A DNA stretch of 64,000 bases from Catajapyx aquilonaris (lineage: Eukaryota), in assembly GCA_000934665.2 (NCBI GenBank), contig JYFJ02001310.1:1-64000 (forward strand). Reading direction: 5' to 3'. The position numbers were made by a program, and so were the translations under genes. Positions within the stretch are counted from its first letter, which is position 1. Every line of letters starts with the position of its first letter. This document shows, one piece after another, positions 56,638 to 64,000 of the stretch. A model generated the notes under the pieces. The model made no database searches and was not told the origin of the DNA. It was given only the letters and a program-made list of their open reading frames with translations.

Positions 56638-59600
56638 CTGTAATTTTTTTTTTTTAAAAAGAAGAAGCAATTAGAAAAATTTGGCAGCGAATATCGTCTC
56701 AATAGATGGCGCATCATCCCTCTCTGGACACTACTGCCGCCTAGTTGATCTGATGACTCACCCCGGACAAACAACGAAATTGACCTTCGAAGGTCACTTT
56801 TGGTTATGGTTCTTTAATACTGCATGTGTACTTGAGCGAAACACGATTGCACTTTCAAACTGCAGCCTACATTTTGTGTACGAGATCAGTGCAGAACCGG
56901 TTTTACCAGACACAGGTCATTCTGTGTGCTTCGGAGAAAGAAAAAAAAAAAGTGCAGACCTTGAATATTCCTAATGGAGATAAATTATTAACCGAGGTTG
57001 TTCATATTCCACATCTCACCTGAGGTTATAAAAGGAAATTCTGCGAAACTTGCTCAGGGAGACTATGTATTACGTATATATCGCCTGTTCTGCAGTTTTT
57101 CTCACGAAAGTTCAGAAATACATAAGGGCTGCCAGGTAATTATTTAGAAAATTGTAAGTTTGAAGTGTTATTGTGGGAAACTGTCTGAATTACGAGATCT
57201 TATCTGCGCTCGTGACTTTTCAATTTTTATGATTTTGAACCTACCGGAAAATTTCTTGCTTTAAAAATTCTGTGGTATTAAGAATCGGCTTCTTCTGAAT
57301 TTAAGCCACTAATTGTATGGAAACAAAATTTTTGCACTAATTTGATATATTCAACTAATCGGTTTTGATCAACCCCTTGAAATGTACCTCCCCGACGCGA
57401 CGGTAGATAAAACTATATATTGCGGAAGTTGTCACAATGATGTCCAGAGGAGCGATTGATGCCTTTATTGCTGGCTAGTGAAAGCAACATTGCCCAGCAG
57501 CATGAGATGATGAATGGGCGTCTTAGTTCTGGTACTAATAATTATGTGTGCATGGACAAATCAGTGGTCGCATCATTAGTTTTCTGTCTAATAATCAGCA
57601 GGAGGGCAGACATTGTTGGGATGTTTTTTTAGAGTTCTTATCAACGTAGGTGGAGTATGTTGGTGTATGTACTTACATAGGGAGCAATTTACATCATTTA
57701 ACGATGTTGTCAACCTTAATGTAAGAGTCACGAAAAATCCAGGATGAGACTATAGAATGAGACACGTTGTGAACAGCAATGTGTGAAAGTGCCATATGCA
57801 ATTACATCATGAGTTACTCATAAACTTTTACCTTCTGATCACTGTTATTGTAAGTCCACACTGTAATAAAAATAGGGGTTTATTACTCTATTCTTTGCTA
57901 TTCCATGTTGATTCAGTATTCGAAAGGGTTCATACTGTACCGTAAAAGAGCGGTACTCTTTTATAACTTTGACACTTTACTTGACTCGTCATATAATGGT
58001 CATGTTATGAAAGTGACAATAATTATGTGAACAATGCAGTTTCTGCACAAAACTGATGACTTGATTACTCTGGACCATCCACGCGTATCTTGAGAGTGTG
58101 GCTGGGCACCGTCTATTTTTGGGTCATACAGTATGCCAAAGTGTACTAATTAAAGTGCGGAAAAAAGGGGGAAGGCGGTACATGTCACTTTCTAGGAAGT
58201 GCCGTTGAGATTATGCCTCCCGTCCTTTCATTTCCCAATGCATCATTCGCATACTGTCATCTTTTCAAAGGCCTCTAATTATTGTGAGTATAGTGGTGTG
58301 TTTGTGTATGGTACAAAGCAGGTAGAACTTTTATTCAAGCAGCATGACTCATTGATACGTACGCACGACGATAAGGAAAAGTTGTCAGGAAATTATAAAT
58401 GTTTCTTTGATGTGCGAATCGATTGGAATGAACTAGATTGCACATCATCAATGAGGGGGAAAATTGCAATTGTCCAGTTTGTCAGTATGAAATTTTCTTT
58501 GGTGTTTGTATGGGGGTTTCCCCACATATTCAGCGATTGTCCAGCACTGGCGTAACCCCAACGTAACCTTCTAAAAACTAGTTAATATATTCTCAAGTGC
58601 CATCCGCTTTGTTCCAGATTGGGTCAGTATTATGCTCAAGGTAATGATTCGTCGAAATGTTTCCTACATCAAGGTGGCAAGCGTGTAGCAAGTGTGATCG
58701 CAGTATTTTTTAAATAGCGATTCTCATAATTTAATTTTTAATGAGACACAATAAGGCGACGTAATCACTATTTCTATTCCCACACATTGACATGTAACTT
58801 GACTGACGCCTCACGTGGTGTTTCCCATGCTAATCTGGTACTGACCAGTAGTCTGACGTTACCACCTCAGAGTATGCATGCTTTAGTTATAAGTTACGTA
58901 TCCCTGTCACACAACCCTGACTTCCTTATAGGAAAAAAATAATCCTTGAATAAAAATGGGTCCCGTCACACGTATACTGTGGCCGTGAAACAAAGGCCAT
59001 CATATTGGACTGAAAGAAAAAGCCACGTGGTTTGAAAGAGACACACGTGCCGTTTTGAACAGACCTCCACCTTCAAGAGTGTCAGTATGTTATCCCAGAT
59101 CGAAATGGCTCAAGGAGAACCTCTCTCTCGTGTGTGTTAAGATTCATTTCCCTCTCCATAGTATTATCCAGCCCAGTGGCAGAACGCAGGAGCAGGGAAT
59201 CCCGAAAGGAAAAGTAGGCCTAGATCAAGGCCTGATGGACTCTCTCTGCTGCTTTTTTAGGTGGACTGAAGGGCTCTTCTAAGATTGCTTGGGGGACATT
59301 TTGGGCAAAATTTTTGTGGGGGTGTGTATATGGCCGGGGAAAGTAAGGTCGAATTGGGTAGGGCTTTTTGGAATATTGCTCTGTACGTCACGTGGTATGT
59401 CCATGAGCCCAATTCTTGCACTTTTGGAGGAAATGTGTATCGTGTTAATGATGCAAGATATTTGCATATATGCCAATGATGATTCTTTCGAGGTCAGGTG
59501 TTTGCTTAGTGTTGAGGTTGAGGATCTCTCCTAGACTGCTGGACATCCTGAAGGCTGTACAGTACCTGATATTGTACAAAAAAAAAATTACAACGTAGGT

Positions 59601-61895
59601 AGAAACGTCTCACATACACGCTAAGGAGTCAACTCCGCAAAGAGAAAAATGTAGCCAAAAAATGCAGTCGAATTACAACAAAATTTTAGATTAATTTCTC
59701 ACTTATGATGAACGAGCAAATGCATTTTATTCTAGCACACACTGTAGGTCTATAGTGTATTAAATTTTCTGATGCGTCTTATTTTGCGCCAGTCTCACGA
59801 CAAATAATGTGAGCAGAATTAATGATTACCTGCTGGTATGGCACAATTGCAAATCTTGCATGTAATTACTGGTTGAACTTCTCAGGGGCAACCTTGTGTT
59901 TCGAAATATGCTACATGTTTGAATGTTTCTGTTTGACGTCAGTAACTTACGTCTTGACGTCTATTTTAATGGGGTTCTCCTTATAGGAGTGTCTATGCTT
60001 GCCGTGAAACATAGCACTGCGTTATACTGTATAAATGGTTGTGTAATTATTGCAAGCAGCCTTAATATAGGCTAGAGTCAACTTTTTATGATACTTAGGT
60101 AGCCTATATCAGCAAGATGTGCTTGATGTCGTAATCGTAAAAGTAATTAGTTACCTCTCAGCAGTACTCCGATATCATGTACTATCGTCTATTTGATGGA
60201 GTTTGTTTCACTGACTTATACGGTTTCTCCAACTGTTTAAGTGGCAGCTAATAGTAGTTTAAATGCATCAGAAAACAAATTTAAAGTGCAGTTAGCTCTT
60301 AATTTTCAGTTAGAAATTATGGAAAAACCAGACATCAGTGATTGGATTGCAAAATGATGTTGTAGAGCTTTTGGTAGCATCATGGGGATAATAGCTAGTG
60401 ATGACTGATATCTTCTATTGCACACTGCACTGTCCCTATACACACAATGCGTGATTGTGAAGATTACAAAGCCATACAAAAGGTGTCGGGTTTTAATTAT
60501 GTGTGAAAAACCTTCATTTAGCAGGTAACCTTTTTCCTGCCTTGAATTGCGTGGGAAATCTATACTCCTTCTTGTCGTTATGCTCTTATATCAACGTCAC
60601 GTTTTTTTCTCGCCGGGTCTTTAAGTATAATATCTCACAGTATAATGTCAATGATGTCTACCTGTATAATGTCTCATGAATAATTTCTGTGATGTAACGT
60701 AATATTAATGTCAGAGTCCTTGTCTTGCAGGACAAGACGTTTTTTTTCTGCAGAAGATGCTCGACTGTTAAGAAACAATAATGTCGACTTGTGGAGATAA
60801 ACATTACTATTCTGGTCGTATATCTTGTGTGACGAGCAAGGCCGAGCTTGCCGAAATGAATACAGGAAGTAAGTACTGTACAGGCATGCATTGAACATAT
60901 AGGCTACATGAAGACAGGTTATGTCTACAATACTACAGTATTTTATTTTGGTGAGTTAAAAAGTGAATGGAAATTAGCCTTATTAATTAAATAGCTTTCT
61001 CATATAGGCTAGTCTAATTATAATGATAAAGAAAATGCGCGGTATATACAGCAGTATGCAATCATTCAATTTCATAAAATGAGGAAGGCGTAAGAAATGA
61101 TCTAATTAAGTCTACTTATGAATTTTGTAATTGGCTAGGTTTTGAGTGCACGAACACAATCCACGCAATATTGTTTTCCATAGTGACGTCCAAATGCATT
61201 GCGTGCCAAGTAAATATTTCTACATGCCTTTATATAAGATATCCCTCTCCTTAACAATTGCGACGGGGTGAAGGTCAGGGGCATCAGGTTGTATGACATT
61301 TTCAGGGTTATAGCCCGTCTTTATCTTGAAACTCCTTAAAAATGTACACATAGTTTTCATTATTTTTTATCGTGAATTTATTCAACATGTAGAAGTGACC
61401 GAAGCTTACAAACCCAATAGTAATACAATGCCACCTATTCAATTAATGCATTGCAATTAAGCTATCATGCCACTGATTACTGGGGCGTGTTGTTTATTCA
61501 CGAAAGACCTCAAGGCTGTAAGCAATACCTGATGAAGAGTAATCTCTCATGAAAAATGCACATAAAAACTATACCTATTTTTATCACAACTGATGTTACC
61601 AGTTTTACTTTTTTTTATATTTATTTACGCCTCTTTCACAAGTCGAAGTTATTACAGTATATAACTTTGCAAATCATTTATTTGTCACGCAATCATGACG
61701 CATCGGGATATCCAGTTCAAAAAACTGTGTTGATTGAGCTGCCTTTGAGGAAAAAGCTGTTTGTTAACTTCCGCCATATTATAGTGACACAACAAATTAA
61801 CATAATTGAATCGCGTCATTGGAATATCCGCATTACAGTTTCGGAAATGTCCAAAATTGTAAACTATGTTTTTAAATTACATTTTTATTTATATT

Positions 61896-62013
61896 TATGT
61901 ACTATATCGCTCAAAAAGATAGAGACGATTGGCATTTGATTCAAGTGCAAGTTGCACTTGAGTCAAATGCAAAATCGTCTCTATCTTTTTGGGCGATATA
62001 CAAGTAGTACATA
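61896..62013. repeat. Near-perfect foldback palindrome (~49-bp stem, minimal loop), MITE-like
   Basis: TATATCGCTCAAAAAGATAGAGACGATTGGCATTTGATTCAAGTGCAA-G-TTGCACTTGAGTCAAATGCAAAATCGTCTCTATCTTTTTGGGCGATATA. Confidence 0.85.
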
Positions 62014-64000
62014 CCCCTTGCTCAGGGCTGTTTCGGTGAAACTGAACAACTATTTTATGCATCGTGATTAGCAGCATCACATCGCATTTCATATGCAGTA
62101 ACGCACTTACATTTAAATAATGGTACCTTTTGCAATATATGCAGACCCAGAATGAAAAGAAAATCAAAAAAGTTTAGTGAAATTTTTGCCAGAGTGAAAA
62201 TTGGGTCTCTCTCTCTCTCATCTTTCTCATCATCGTTCTCTGTATATCTAACCATCACATCTCCGTCTTTATAATAATGTCAACAGTTGAGGAATCTTCG
62301 CCCTCCAAGAGAGGAGCTTATGAAGAAAAAAAAACTTTCCCTGACAACCTAACGAGACTGATGCATTTTTTATACAGTGTTTAACACAATGTATAATCTT
62401 GGCAGAAGTTTCCTGTCCCCCATGAATCAGAAAAACATGGTGTGGAAAGATGGCATGCATGTTGTGCCATTGGGAAAATTGTTAAAGACAGTGATGTTTC
62501 TGGCTACATAAGGACGACAAAAAAAAACAGTGTCCCTGTAAGGAACCACTCCGGCGTCATTTTACGGTGTAGTCCGCCTTTAATCATTATAATAATAAAC
62601 GTTATGGCAAGCAAAAGGACCTTGACATTAAAATATGTAAATATATAGGCTCAAGGGTTAGCAACAAAAAAAAAGTGGGGCATTCCAATCAGATTTTAAA
62701 GTTGATTAATATTCATACTAGAAAAATCATCGCTTCGCTCGCATTTTTAAAGGGCTAGAAAGGCACTCGATTCGCTCGGTTTTTTTCTAGGCCTGCGGTG
62801 GTCGAGGACATATTGCTAATTGCCATCCATCATTTATCTAGTCATATGACATCCTAGAATGCACTTCTTTCCATAGAAATTATCTCAATAATGAGTAAAG
62901 AGTGTCAACAAAAGGACACTGTTTACTAACATTGTTGTGTGAGATGGCCAATCGGAAGGCTTATATCCAGCTAATATTTCAATATTAATTATTCCGGACA
63001 ACTAATCAGTACAAATCAATTGACCTGGTATATAATGCGGGAAGACAAAATATTTTCAAAGCGAAATGTCCCGTTTAATGCATGCGTAGTAGGTTATCTG
63101 GTGGACAAGTCTGGTTGCGTCGGATGTAAGTGTGTAGGACAAACAAGTTCCTCGACTTTTTCTTCGAGTATATAGAGGGGGGGTTGGTTGAGGTTGGAAA
63201 GAGAGACGAAAAAGAGCCAACCTGAGAGAAGAAGCATGGCTTGCTTTTTGAACCTCTCGTAAACCGGATTTGTGAACTTTGCCGCTCGACACAATGACCC
63301 TGAATCTCATGTGAGAGCCTATACACGAAACATTGTTGCTGTTATGTGTCTCAATCTCGTCAGGAAATGAGAAAAAATACACATTAATTACATGATTAAA
63401 TCAAAGCCATATTCAAGCTTGAAAGAGCTAGGTCACCTTTAAAGCCATCCTTCAAAAACAAAAAAAATATCCTTAATAACTTTTATTCATGGTCACTTCT
63501 ATATTCCAATTTTTTAATGCGCAGTTTATCGCGTGCAGTGTATTGTTTACGTTGCAAAAATATTATCAATAGGGTTTGTTCACATATCTGGAACAACTGA
63601 CGTATCGCGGTTTTCACCTGATGTGAAAAATTTTAAATTTGTTGTTTTGTAGCGACGGGCGACACAGTTTCTTTTGTACATTTCGGCTTGTTAGAGAGAG
63701 ATTAAAATATAAGAGACACGTGGTTCCACTCGAAGGGATTCGCACTCATTCCTAAAAATCTTCTCTTTCCGTTTTTTTTTTTTTTTGCACAACAGGCCAG
63801 TCACGCAAATCTTCTCCGCTATCGTGATTGCAGACCTACCTCAACAATATTGCTTGAGGGACATAAACGCTGGTCATGATCATATTAAAGAAGATAAGAA
63901 AAGAGGGATGATTTGCACGCAAAAAAAATCCCAAGCATCATTTCACATCTCAATGCACGAAACTGCTTAAAAATCAGGGTCGCATTTTGCACACAAAAAA

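Overview
Animal (most likely arthropod) genomic DNA with short GT-AG introns, so the ORF track splits every gene into pieces. I hand-spliced ten protein-coding genes. They are two secreted fibrinogen-related (FReD) paralogs (+) flanking a SENP/Ulp1 SUMO protease (-), then, after ~16 kb with no recognisable CDS, tafazzin (+), PXK (-), a 9-finger C2H2 protein (-) divergent from DCAF15 (+), SNX7/30 (-) divergent from STK11/LKB1 (+), and an ELOVL elongase (-, first coding exon unresolved). The first 11 kb is rich in transposons: two Helitrons, a Kolobok-like MITE, a long-TIR element carrying a tRNA-SINE with a 10-bp TSD, a mariner-like MITE and a hAT transposase relic. Best leads: (1) two homologous alternative first exons encoding tafazzin's membrane anchor; (2) six phased RFX X-boxes in a DCAF15 intron; (3) three perfect CREs, a CLEAR-like box and two uORFs in the SNX/LKB1 promoter; (4) a 2-nt frameshift in FReD copy 1; (5) a stop-free 63-nt intron beside the LKB1 NLS. 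I found no evidence for a wholly new multi-gene system. Gene identities come from motif recognition, not database searches.
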